Program-made: the position numbers and the translations under genes
From: Malacoraja senta
Lineage: Eukaryota
Direction of reading: 5' to 3'
Length of the DNA stretch: 64,000 nt
NCBI GenBank assembly: GCA_038087875.1
Contig: CM075980.1
Span: forward strand, 30,380,001 to 30,444,000
Shown: piece after piece, positions 1 through 11,510 of the stretch
Numbering within the stretch: position 1 is the stretch's first letter
Layout of the letters: each line of letters starts with the position of its first letter
Notes under the pieces: generated by a model
What the model was told of the DNA's origin: nothing
Seen by the model: only the letters and a program-made list of their open reading frames with translations
Databases searched by the model: none

Positions 1-889
1 AAGTGAGTAGGTGCGGAAACAGCAAATGGAATTTAATCTGGGAATATGAAGTCACCATCAGATCACATTGAAAAGGAAAATGTGTTGTTATGTTTCTAAA
101 CAACCAACCCAGAGGCCTGCAGTAATTTTATTTATGTTTTTTTTTTAAATTACCAGCTTGTTTAATTTATGTTTAATAAACCAGCTGGTTTAATTCCCAG
201 CATGGCTGCTTGACAATTCTGACTTTTCTTTTTTAGAAACTCAGTTTCAACATCGCTTTATTCGTGCCAATAGATTGTTAAGAGAAACTCAAATGAAGCC
301 CAAAATGGTGACGAGATCCCAGATGCTGGTGTCTGGAGCAGTCAACAATCTACACGAGGAACTCAGTAGGTCGAGCAGCATCTGTGGAGGAAATTGACAG
401 CTGACGTTTCGAGTCAGGACCCTTCATCTGGACTGCAAATGATGCATTATTGACCATTAGGAAAATAACCCAACCAGATTTACTTTGCAGCTAGACCATA
501 CCAGTAACCGACTCAAATGTGGTGGTACATAAATGCTCCTAAGTTAATTTTTCATGCCACTTAGTTGCTTCAAAATGGTACAACATACCCTGGACAACTA
601 TAAGCAGACAGGAAGTAGTGTCTACAACCCCACAACATATATTAAATACAAGTACATTAAAAAATGACCACTGTACAAAAATTACTGTAAAATGTAATGA
701 ATATTAAAATTAAAAACCTGGCCATATTGTAGAATTGAATGGCAGGATTATGATTTCAGTTCACAATGTTCCACGTAGGTCCTGATCTCAAATTTAATGT
801 GGTAGTCAAAGATGGAGCTTCTTCCCCACAGGAAATACATACCCCAGATCACTCACATAATGTATATAATAACTCAATATAAAAATATC

Positions 890-1745
890 TAAGTGGTGCC
901 ACAACAATCACCTCTCACTCAACACTATCCCAACCAGGGAACTAACTAATCATTGACCTCCAAAAGGGGAAATCAGAAGACCATGTGCCAATGTGGATCA
1001 GTGGTAGAGAGTTAGCAACGTTAAATTCCTGGGTGTAACATCTCAGGTGACCTGTCTTGGGTACAGCACTTCAATGCAATCACAAAGATGTGTCAGTGCC
1101 TCTACTTTCTGAGAAGTTTAAGGTGCTTCAACAGGTCCCAAATACTCTAAACTTCGACAGATGCACTGTCAAACCACACAAAATGCTGGAGTAACTCAAC
1201 GGGTCAGGCAGCATTCCTGGTGAACACGAATAGGTTCAATTCCAATGCCCAGGAACACGAGGCTGTAGACAGTGGCGGACTCAGCCCAATCCATCATGGG
1301 CACAGCTCTCCCCATTATTCAAAGCATCTAAACGAGGTGTTACTTCAAAACGGGTGGCATCTCTCATCGTTGATCTCCAGGTCCCTTTCTCACTGCTACT
1401 GTTGGTAGAAGGTACAGAAACGTGAAGTCACATAGTACCAGCTTCAGAAACATCTCCTTTCCTCCAACTATCAGGCTCTCGAACCAACTTGCAAACCCTA
1501 ATCCTACATTGGTAACAGAACATTGCGGACCATCTTTTGCACCACAATGAACTTGTGTTCTAAATGTGTTTTGCACTTGCATCTTGCTTATTTAGCACAC
1601 GGTCGTTGCTTACATTGTTTTGTGTAATTTATGTGTAATTTATGGTTTGTGTGTAGTCAGAGTCTATATGCCCGTGATGCTGCTGCAGGATTTTCATTGT
1701 TCCTGCACCTCAACGTACTTGTTCAGATGAGAATAAACAACTCGA
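890..1745 (+). mobile_element. Old Rex1/L2-group LINE 3' fragment with a short PLE-end insertion (~1175-1230)
   Basis: Degenerate match to the LINE C-terminus (aaattcctgggtgt, the KFLG motif). The 3' tail ttttcattgttcc...gagaataaac is shared with other copies. Confidence 0.55.
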
Positions 1746-2469
1746 ATTGAGGATGTAACAGGACAGTTTTAAAATATCATATGGCCAGAATATTGAAGCG
1801 CAGCAGCATCAAAACAAATGCTGATAATATCCTGATGCAACTGAACTTCATGACCCAATCTATATCCATCCCCTATCAGTAGAACTCATTGATTCAGTGC
1901 AATCTTTGCATTTTCTACTTTGAGGGACCTAGGTCTAAATAAGTGTTCCTCAATCATCACCATGTCAAACATCACTGACTCACGATCGTCAGAGTCCCAA
2001 ATCCGAGATGTCCTCATTCTTTCGTGCCTCCTCGGTACCCCACAGCTCCACCCTTGTTCCACCTCCTCCTAGTCGCAACAGGGACAGAGTCCCTCTAGTC
2101 CTTACAGGGCTCTCACTTAACTTTTTTTCCCTGTTGCCAGCCGGGCAACCTCAGCAGCTTTTTAGGTTGTCAAATGACAGTTTAGGTGGTCATTTAAGAC
2201 AGCTTTCATGACGCGTGCGATAATGTGCTCGGACGAAGTGCGTAGTTACCAGTCGGAATTATGGTCAATGAAGCATTCACATATTATTTCTGCTTCAAAT
2301 AAAGTCGCAAACTAAACATATTCACCAATCAAGACATGATATATACCACAATGACATGCAGCAAAATTATAATACAGTATCTCATCTCCTTTTACACGTT
2401 GCAATGAATGCAATTTCTATTATCTCTTTCCACTTCCAAACAAAACTCTGGTAGGATTATTCAGCATAT

Positions 2470-3612
2470 GATCAACCTCGGTGAGACCAAGCACAGGCTT
2501 GGCGATCGCTTCGCACAACAGCTCCACTCAGTTCGCAATAACCAACCTGATCTCTCGGTGGCTCAGCACTTCAACTCCACCTCCCATTCCGAATCTGACC
2601 TTTCTGTCCTGGGCCTCCTCTATGGCCAGAGTAAGGCCCATCGCAAATTGGAGGAACAGCACCTCATATTTTGCTTGGGTAGTTTACACCCCAGCAGTAT
2701 GAACATTGACTTCTCCAATTTCAGGTAGTCCTTGCTTTCTCCCTCCTTCCCCTCCCATTCCCAGCTCTCCCACAGCCTACTGTCTCCACCTCTTCCTTTC
2801 TTTTTCCCGCCCCCCCCGATATCAGTCTGAAGAAGGGTCTCGACCCGAAACATCGCCTATTCCTTCTCTCCATAGATGCTGCCTCACCCGCTAATTTTCT
2901 CCAGCTTTGTCTACCAACGTGACCCCACCACTGGCCACATCTTCCCATCTCCTCCCCTGTCGGCTTTCTGAGACTGCTCCCTCCGTAACTCCCTGGTCAA
3001 TTTGTCCCTTCCCACCCAAACCACCCCCTCTCCTGGCACTTTCCCCTGCAACTGCAGGAAATGCTACACTTGTCACTTTACCTCCATTCAAGGACCCAAG
3101 CAGTCTTTCCAGGTGCGGCAGAGGTTCACGTGCACCTCCTCCAACCTCATCTATTGCATCCGCTGCTCTAGGTGTCAGCTGCCCTACATCGGTGAGACCA
3201 AGCGTAGGCTTGGCGATCGCTTCGCCCAACACCTCCGCTCGGTTCACAATAACCAACCTGATCTCCCGGCGGCTCAGCACTTCAACTCCTCGTCCCATGC
3301 CGAATCCAACCTTTCTATCTTAGGCCTCCTCCATGGCCAGAGTGAGGCCCACCGTAAATTGGAGGAGCAGCACCTCATATTTCGAGCCCTGCCTTACCTT
3401 CCATCTCACATTGACCTCCAATTTCAGGTAGTCCCCGCTTTCTCCTCCCCTTCCCAGGTCTCCCTCAGCCCACTGTCTCCGCCTCTTCCTTTCTTCTTCC
3501 CCCCGCACCCTCAAATCAGTCTGGAGAATGGTCTCGACACGAAACGTCGCCTATTTCCTTCGCTCGATAGATGCTGCCTCATCTGCTGAGTTTCTCCAGC
3601 ATTTTTGTCTAC
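2470..3612 (+). mobile_element. Two tandem Penelope-like element 3' fragments (pseudo-LTR arrangement)
   Basis: ORF 3002..3589 encodes CNCRKCYTC...NLIYCIRCSRCQLPYIGETKRRLGDRFAQH, a Zn finger plus GIY-YIG endonuclease. ORF 2408..2728 repeats its C-terminus. Both copies end in the same 3' sequence. Confidence 0.85.
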
Positions 3613-3615
3613 CCA

Positions 3616-3840
3616 TTCACACAAGTTCTGTTATCCCACTTTCCTCACCCACTCCCTACACATTAGGCGCAATTTTACAGAGACAAGTTAACCTACAAAG
3701 GCAATGCATCTTTGGGATGTGGGAGGAAACCCACACGCTTGCAGGGAGAATGTGCAAATTCAACATAGACAGTGCCCGAGAACAGGATCGAACACAGATC
3801 TCTGGCGTGTGAGGGAGCAAGTCCACCAGCTATGCCACTA
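3616..3840 (-). mobile_element. V-SINE (HE1-like)
   Basis: The reverse complement carries the V-domain (gaatttgcacattctccctgca...gggtttcctcccaca) and a tRNA-like head remnant. Confidence 0.65.
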
Positions 3841-3987
3841 TATTTTATTTTCCAACACAAAAATTTATACGTTGATAACTTTGGTTACTAAAAAAAAAAG
3901 AAACTATCCATTTTCAGTCTTAAATCTCTAAGTGATGCTATATCCCCCTTTACAGCTACTGTATGTTTTAATTCAGTCCAAGACTAT

Positions 3988-4300
3988 GGGGCAGTGCATT
4001 GGCCATAAAGTTGCTCCGACCCGGAATTGATCCTGAATATGGGTGCTGTCTGTATGGAGTTTTGTTTTCTCGTTTATAACATTGTTTACAGAGTACTATG
4101 TTTACATATTCTGTTGTGCTGCTGCAAGTAAGGATTTCATTGTTCTAACTGGGACATGAGAGAATAAAACACTCTTAACTTACGTCGCTAATGTGTGGGA
4201 TAGAACTAGTGTATGGGTGATCGGTGGTCGGCGTGGACTCGGTGGGCCGAAAGGCCTGTTTCCACGCTGTATCTTTAAATTAAACTAAAAACACTAAAAC
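3988..4300 (+). mobile_element. V-SINE interrupted by a LINE 3'-tail fragment (~4070-4180)
   Basis: gtctgtatggagtt V-domain start and the tail gggccgaaaggcctgtttccacgctgtatct-(ctaaa)n. Confidence 0.6.
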
Positions 4301-6988
4301 CAGAGGAAATGTAAAGAAGGGCCTCTACCTGAAACGTCACCCAATTTCTTGTATGCAGAGATGCTGGCTGCTCCATGGAGTCCCCCCACACAATTAAAGC
4401 ATGGAATAGTCTTCACCCTGCCAAAGGTACCCAACCAGATGCAACTAAATTTAAGGTAGCTCTTTTTTCCAAGAACCCTTTTTTGCTTAAGTCCAAGTTA
4501 AGAGAGTTGTATTGTCATGTGTCCCAGATAGGACAATGAAATTCTTGCTTGCTGCAGCACAACAGAATATGTAAACATAATACAGAACAGGAGATAAAAG
4601 TTCAGTGTGTCTATATACCATAGACCATATATATACACAATAAATAAACAGATAAAATGCAATAGGCTGTTATTTTTCAGAGTTTGGAGTTTCGTGGTGG
4701 TGGGTCCACTCCAGTTTAAATTCCATTTTGAGTATTTTTGGAGGACCAGGAAACCAAGAAGCAAGAGTTACTCCAGCTCCAGGGAGTGTTTCTTCGTTGG
4801 TTTTCAGCGGTCGCGGTAAGGCCGCAACCCAACAGCAATGGCGGCCAGATCTCCAACAATGCAAAGGGAGGGAGAAAGTGGCCGACGCCGACCAGTTGCC
4901 GTGGCAGTGCGCATGTGCAGGGCGGCAAATGCGCACAACCACGGCCGATGATGTGCTGGCCGTGGTTGTGCACATGTGCAGGGGGAGGATGTGCAGGCCG
5001 TGGCAGTGCGCATGTATAAGGCGGCTGGCCGTGCCGGCGGATGAGGAGCGAGCGGAGACCCGAGACCCGGACACGGATGGCGGGCGGAGACGGAGAGTGA
5101 TAGAGAGAGAGAGAGATAGAGAGGGGGCCCACTCAGAATTAAAAGATAGGTGTCCCGGGTGCTTGCCAAGCTGCGCAAAATGGCATGGCTTTTAGGTTGC
5201 CTGGCGGGACTGTAGGTTGCCAATAACACCCTGGCAACCGCTAATTTCGAGCCCTGCCTTACCTTCCACCCCATCAGCCGATGCATAAAACACATCATCC
5301 TCCGAAATTTCCGCCACCTCCAACGGGATCCCACCACTAGCCACATTTTCCCATCTCCACCCCTTTCCACCTTCCGCAGTGACAGTTCCCTCCACAACTC
5401 CCTAGTTAACTCATCCCTTCCCACCCAAACCACCCCCTCCCCAGGTACCTTCCCCTGCAACCGCAGAAGATGCAACACCTATCGTTATACCTCTTCCCTC
5501 GACTCTATCCAGGGTCCCCGACAGTCCTTTCAAGTTAGGCAGAGGTTCACTTGCACCTCCTCCAACCTCATCTACTGTATCTGTTGTACAAAATGTGGGC
5601 TCTTATACATTGGCGAGACCAAATGCAGACCGGGCGATCTTTTCACGGAACACCTTTGCTCAGCCCGCATGAACCAACCTGATCACCCGGTTGCTAAACA
5701 CTAATTCTCCTTCCCATTCCTACACAGACCTTTCTGTCCTCGGTCTCCTCCATTGCCAGAGTGAGGCTAAACGCAAATTGGAGTAACAGCATCTCATATT
5801 TTGCTTGGGCAGCTTACAGCCCAGTGGTATGAATATTGATTTCACTCACTTCAGGTAGCTCCAGTATTCCCTCTCTCTCTATCCCTCCCCCACCCAAGTC
5901 ACACCAGCTTCTCATTTTCACCCTACAAACAGCTACAACGGCCTGTTTCCTTTATCATCGTTACTTTTTTTGCATATCTTTAATTCATTGTTCTTTATCT
6001 CTCCACATCACCGTCTATATCTCTTGTTTCCCTTATCCCTATCCAGTCTGAAGAAGGGTCTCGACCTGAAAACTCACCCATTCCTTCTCTCCAGAGATGC
6101 TACCTGTCACGCTGAGTTACTCCAGCTTTTTGTGTTTATCTTCGGTTTAAAGCAGCGTCTGCATTTCCTTCTTACACAGGTTCTTAAATGACAGCTTCAA
6201 TATTTACTGCCTTACCAGGGTGCCCAACAAGACTTTAAAAAAATGTGAACGGAAAGGCAGATTGACAGGAAAAATTTGTGCTTGCTTCAATTTGCTCAAC
6301 TTCATTATTTATGCTAACATTAATAATGTAAAGACCAACTGTGCTCATTTTCCCCAACCTTCTCAATTCTTAGAATTGCAAGCTACCAGTTGTCATTTAA
6401 ACAATAACCCAAGCCAAAATTCCCACAAAACACTCATATTGGAAAGAAATATACAAATAGTAATCATAACACAATATTTTCTCGATAATTCTTAACGAAC
6501 ATCTTGCCAGAAGATTTGATAAGATTGCTGTAAATGTCTACTTTGTGGATGGCTAATGATGAACTGGAATTTTTCACAATGCTCATCACTATTTTAATAC
6601 GAAGACAAATGATGTACTGTAATAGCACAAAATAGCTGGTCTTTGCTGGCAAGACACATGAAAAGAAAATCAGACATAACTGCTCTATTAAGTTTTCAAC
6701 ACTGAATAATAGAAAGTATATGCAATAATAAATTTTGTTCTGCAGCAGTTTTGTTCAAATGTATTTAAACCCAATTTTTTCATTGTTCATTTTTCCATTT
6801 GCTAATTGTTCATCAGTCTTCACTCAAGCATAGCCCACACAAAAAAACTGTTTTTAGAATTGCAAGCTACTTTACATCATTATTTTAAAAGCAATAGTGA
6901 TATCTATTTAAAAAATACATATCACACTTCAAAATTTGGGTTTCAGTAAAAAAAAACATATCAAGGAATTTTAAAATACAAACATTAC

Positions 6989-7720
6989 CGTCTTAGTGCT
7001 GAACCATCTGCATTATCCATCTTGCTGTCACATCGATCACAGTGAAGTTCTGGTGGCCTGAACTCTCTCTCAGCGCAGGAAAGAGTTTTGTAACACTGCC
7101 ATGAGACTTTGTCCGAAGACTCCAAATTTTGTGCAGTGATACCGTTGTATAAAGTTGTCTCGCTCACTTCCGGCACTGGTGGTAGTCTTTGTGATAAAAG
7201 CCCAGTCTTATCATCAAGGCTGGGAATTGCCTGAAGTTCCATACCATTACTGTACAGCAATGGATTAATGGGCACAGGAGCTCCTTCCAAACCTTCTGCT
7301 TCTGGACCCATTGGCTGAGGGCTAAGAGTTGGTGGAAGGGGAGAGATGGGAGAATGTGGTGAATCCATGGGATTCAAATTAAGTGGCTTGCTCTGGTTTC
7401 CTGGAGGCCCAGATGCTGGCTTGCCATATTTCCTGTTGTTTTGCATTTCCAAGGGGACATCAATGCCAACCAATCCAAGCTTCTGTCCTGTAGGATCCTG
7501 CTCCATACAAAGCTCATCTGTTAATGAAGGTCGATGATGAAATGGAGTCATAGGCCGTTTCTGTTGCTTGTCTCCTTTCTCCTGCTTCTCATTTGTCTTG
7601 TGCTTAGAGGAGGCAGACGATGGCAGGGAAGCACAAGGAAGCCCAGTATTAAAGCCAGGCTGGGAAATGGATGGCGGTCGGTTGGTGCCCGTTGCACCTC
7701 GCTGCTTCTGAAGCTTTTGC
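6989..7720 (-). CDS. MED13L: MED13L exon 10 (732 nt): [23 protein letters not shown]...[25 protein letters not shown](R)
   Basis: Lies within ORF 6985..7809(-). Acceptor tcatatgcag, donor ACG|gtaatg. Strong similarity to the large MED13L exon. Confidence 0.95.
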
Positions 7721-8824
7721 CTGCATATGAAAAATTCAACAATAATCAAATATATTGTTTCAAGAGCTTTCCCACACAGCTCCCTGCCAAAACAAAATAA
7801 GGACAACAATGGGTGTTATCCTTGAGCATGATCGAATAGCTTTTTTATTCTACGTATTTCAACTCTTTCCAATATGCTCAGCTCTCCCAGTGAAGTAATA
7901 ATACACTAAAAAATAAAAAACTTTACAATACATTTTATACCTATTTCTTTATGTTGGAATAGTAATACATTCTAATTATAACAGCATGAACAATTGTAAA
8001 ATACTACATTGGATAGGCAAACTGCTTATGCATTTCCTTAAACATTAGACAGCTGTTCCACAGAATGCTCAACCACCAGCAGCAGATGAAACGGGTTGAG
8101 CCACATGGGAAAGGTCCCCAGAAACGGAATTATTGCTGCAGTAAAGATATCAAATAACCTCCCTGCAATTTATTTTGTATAAGATATTATAAAGCACATG
8201 TTTAGTTCTTCAAAAATAAATTGTGGTACTGGAACCTTCTGAAAGACGATGGAAGCAAAACAGCAATTCGTACAGTAGTTCCGCAGCAAACTTTCAGAAA
8301 GGAAATCGAGAGAATCTTTACAGAAATATTTCAGATAGATACTTCTTCAAATGTGGCTTATTAACCACAGATACTTAGCATTTTCAATGATTATTTAATT
8401 ATCCAAATAAAAACAACATCAATATAGCATTAACAAAAAAGATTCTGAAGATCTGCATTTCAAGCTATTTAAGAGATCAGCATTGCCAAACTACTTGCTG
8501 TGAACTGGAGAATAACAGCAAATTGCAATTCCAATCCACAAAACACATTGCAGTTATGTTAAAATAAAAACTAGCAATGTAATGGGGCAGATCTTCAGTT
8601 AGCAACCTGTCCTTGGACATCCTGTTTTTTTCCAAGTAAGGTCCCAAGATCACACTTCCCCAGGCAACGCAACTCCCAGCATTTTAAGAGTGCAGCAATG
8701 GACACACTCAGCACAGACAACATGATGAACGCACAAAATTGCTTTGACAGCTAGTGAAGCCCTATTCACACTCACCAGCTGACTAGCCTGTCAATGTTAT
8801 CAGATGTTGATGAATGTATGACAT

Positions 8825-9280
8825 TCTGTCCCTATATCTCCTCCATGGACTCCATCCAAGGACCCCAGCAGTCTTTTCAGGTGAGGCAGAGGTTCACTTG
8901 CACCTCCTCCAACCTCATCTAATGTATCCGCTGTTCCAGATGTGGACTCCTATATATCGGTGAGACCAAGCGCAGGCTTGGCGATCGTTTCGCTGCACAG
9001 CTCCGCTCAGTCTGCCTAAACCTACCTGAACTCCCGGTTGCTAAACACTAACTCCCCCACCCATTCCCAATCTGACCTTTCTGTCCTGGGCCTCCTCCAT
9101 TATAAGAGTGAGGCCCAGCGCAAATTTGAGGAACAGCACCTCATAATTTTGCTTGGGCAGCTTACACCCCAGCGGTATGAACATTGACTTCTCTAACTTC
9201 AAGCAACCCTTGCTTTTCCTCTATTTCTATCCCTCCCCATTCCCAGTTCTCCGACCAGTCTGACTGTCCCTGGTTACATT
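8825..9280 (+). mobile_element. Penelope-like element 3' fragment (GIY-YIG region, disrupted)
   Basis: Closely matches 3080-3480 and 5500-5900 (gagaccaagcgcaggcttggcgatcg). Confidence 0.85.
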
Positions 9281-9540
9281 TTTACATTACATTAACATTG
9301 ATTACATTGCCAGGGAGTTTGAACAGTCAAAAATATCAATTGGACAGGTCATCCTCACCTATCTAACAATGTTTTTATTAGAATTTCAGCAAGTGAGGGA
9401 GAAAGCAAAGGAGGAGGCAGGAAAAGATAGTCCTCAATGTTTTCACATACGCCAAAATAGAAAACTATGGATGGGAAATGTTAGATCATTAAAAACCAGT
9501 GAAGTATGATCTGTGAGTTACACACTTGGAAACAACCTAC

Positions 9541-9642
9541 CTTGAGCACGAACAATTGACTCTTTGGCCAGGCTCTGTAAAATCCCAAGCTGCAGCATTG
9601 CTGGCCACCTCTTCCTCAGACTTTTCACCAGTTGAATGTCTT
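9541..9642 (-). CDS. MED13L: MED13L exon 9 (102 nt): (K)[33 protein letters not shown](R)
   Basis: Translated by hand. The WDFxxPxQRVxCSCSR motif is conserved. Donor AAG|gtaggt. The acceptor tttcaaagaag is a tandem AG, so the start is uncertain by 3 nt. Confidence 0.9.
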
Positions 9643-10149
9643 CTTTGAAACACCAGTTTAAAAAAAAACAAATCAGTCGTCTTATCAATATCTCTTCAAA
9701 TGTTCAATTTTACAAATCAATGGCTTTGCTGAAGATTCATGCAAGTTGCATAATTACAGGATGTAAACGATATTTAATTGCCAGTATGTCTTATATTTGT
9801 AATGAACTGGTCTTATTTCTCCATTGCTTTACTAACCAGAAAAATAAGACATTTCGTTATACAAAACTAAAATTAGAGAGCATTTGCTCGAATACCTGCT
9901 ATTGAAAAATTAACTTTGCCAAAGTCAAATTTGTATGGGAGAGTCTTTTGAATCATTTAAAATAAAATGACCCACATAAGATAGTGCAAAAGAAGCATCA
10001 AGTCCAGATTGGGTAGGTTAATGCCTTGACAGTGGCAAGAGTTTCCAAGTCAAATGTTTTCAAAGGTGACAAATATTATCGAACTTTTTCAAAATACCGG
10101 CAGATATTAAACTCCACATATCTGGCAGCACACCTCTCTGCCACTGGAT

Positions 10150-11100
10150 CCTTAACTTTCATACCTATAGACCACAGTGAGGTTGGATGACAAAAGATCC
10201 TCCTCGATAATTCTCAACACCAGTGCCTCTTACTATACTCCTTATACACTCATGGCTGTTCTAACTCCATTTACAAGTTTGCAGATGATGCCACTGTAGT
10301 GCACCAGATTTTGAACAATGACAGGAAGGCGAGAGAGCGTTTAGTAACTTGGTGTCAAGACAACAACCTTGCGCTGAACGACAGCAAGACAAAAGAGCAA
10401 GCCATTGACTTCAGGAAGCGTAGTAGAGTACACTCCCCAATGACGTCAAAGTGGAGATAGTCGAGAGCTTCAAGATCCAAGGCGTAAATATACCCAACAA
10501 CGCGTCTTGGACCAGCTACCTTGAAGCCAGAATGAAGAAAGCACACCGATTCCTCCATTTCCTCAGAAGCCCAAGGAATTTCAGCATGTCGCCAATGATA
10601 CCAATTTCTAGAGATGCACTATACAAAGCATCTTATCAGGACGCATTAGAGCTAAGTTTGGCAACAGCTTTGCCCACGACCACAAGAAATAACAGAGTTG
10701 TGGATGCAACATGCCACCTCACCATGGGCGCCATCTAAACTTCACATTGCCTCGGAAAACAGCCAACAGTCATGGTTCTTATACACCCTGGTCGTTTCAT
10801 CTTCTTTCCTCTTCTGCTTAAAAGCATGCACCACCAAATTCAGGAACAGCTTCTTCCCTGCTATCAGACTATTGAATGATCCCCACCTAAACTAAGGGTG
10901 TAATCCAGACTGTCTAAACCTATCGTGGACTTTTATCTCTGTAACAGTAATGCTATAATGCTCTAACACTGTAATAAGCACTCTGGTACTTTCCTCTTTG
11001 CACTCCCTATGTGGCTGTATGACTTGATTATACTAGTGCATGGTATGATTTGACTGGACAGTACACAAAGATTTTTACTGCATCTCAGTACGTGACAAAA
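10150..11100 (+). mobile_element. Decayed Rex1/Babar-like LINE 3' fragment
   Basis: RT motif KFADDATVV at 10276-10302, WC-DNNL-LN-SKTKE, a FKxxGV motif and a LINE-type 3' tail. Confidence 0.7.
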
Positions 11101-11196
11101 ATAAATTATTTCTACGTACTCAAGCATATAGTTGATAATGATAAAATGTACTGGATAATATAAAATACCATGTTTTTCATTGATTATAGCAGTTTA

Positions 11197-11510
11197 GGGC
11201 AGCACGGTGGCGCAGCAGTAGAGTTGTTGCCTTACAGCGTCAGAGACCCGAGTTCGATCCTGACTGTGAGTGCTTGTCTGTATGGAGTTTGTACGTTCTC
11301 CCCATGACCTACATGGGTTTTCTCCGGAATCTCTGGTTTTCTCCCACACTCCAGTGACATAGAGGTTTGTAGATTAATTGTAAATTGTCCCTAATGTGTG
11401 CAGGGTAGTGCTGATGTGCGGGGATCGCTGGTCGGCACAAGTTTGCAGATGATGCCACTGTAGTGTACCAGATTAGTGTAGTGTTTCCGCACTGTATTTC
11501 TAAACTAAAC
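11197..11510 (+). mobile_element. Full-length V-SINE (HE1-like)
   Basis: tRNA-derived head with A box (ggtggcgcagcagta) and B box (gagttcgatcc), central V-domain and (ctaaa)n tail. Confidence 0.85.

Larger units (their letters stand above)
2105..5256. mobile_element. Non-autonomous hAT-like DNA transposon (hAT5-like), containing nested insertions
   Basis: Termini CAGGGCTC...GAGCCCTG. 5-bp duplication CCTTA at 2100-2104 and 5257-5261. Repeated subterminal GGTTGCC/GGCAACC motifs at both ends. Confidence 0.65.
1985..6178 (+). mobile_element. Penelope-like element (Neptune type), 5'-truncated, split by the insertion at 2105-5256 into parts 1985-2104 and 5257-6178
   Basis: The RVPLVLT|FHP reading continues across the insertion. 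It is followed by a CxxxxCxxC Zn finger, a GIY-YIG-like endonuclease remnant (LIYC...YIGET) and a 3' end with a hammerhead-like motif at ~6048. Confidence 0.8.

Noticed and set aside
3002-3589. Domesticated GIY-YIG nuclease gene
   Set aside because: It is one of many truncated PLE copies, lacks RT, and its C-terminus is disrupted by the templated insert at 3379-3403.
4670-5478. Long overlapping ORFs (up to 224 aa) as a novel gene
   Set aside because: They arise from GC-rich transposon interior and antisense PLE sequence, with no domain or splice support.
1-6180. MED13L exon 11
   Set aside because: No convincing homologous open frame was found, and this stretch is almost entirely TE-derived. 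The exon probably lies beyond position 1.
11197-11270. tRNA gene
   Set aside because: The A and B boxes belong to a SINE head that continues into the V-domain. There is no full cloverleaf or terminator.
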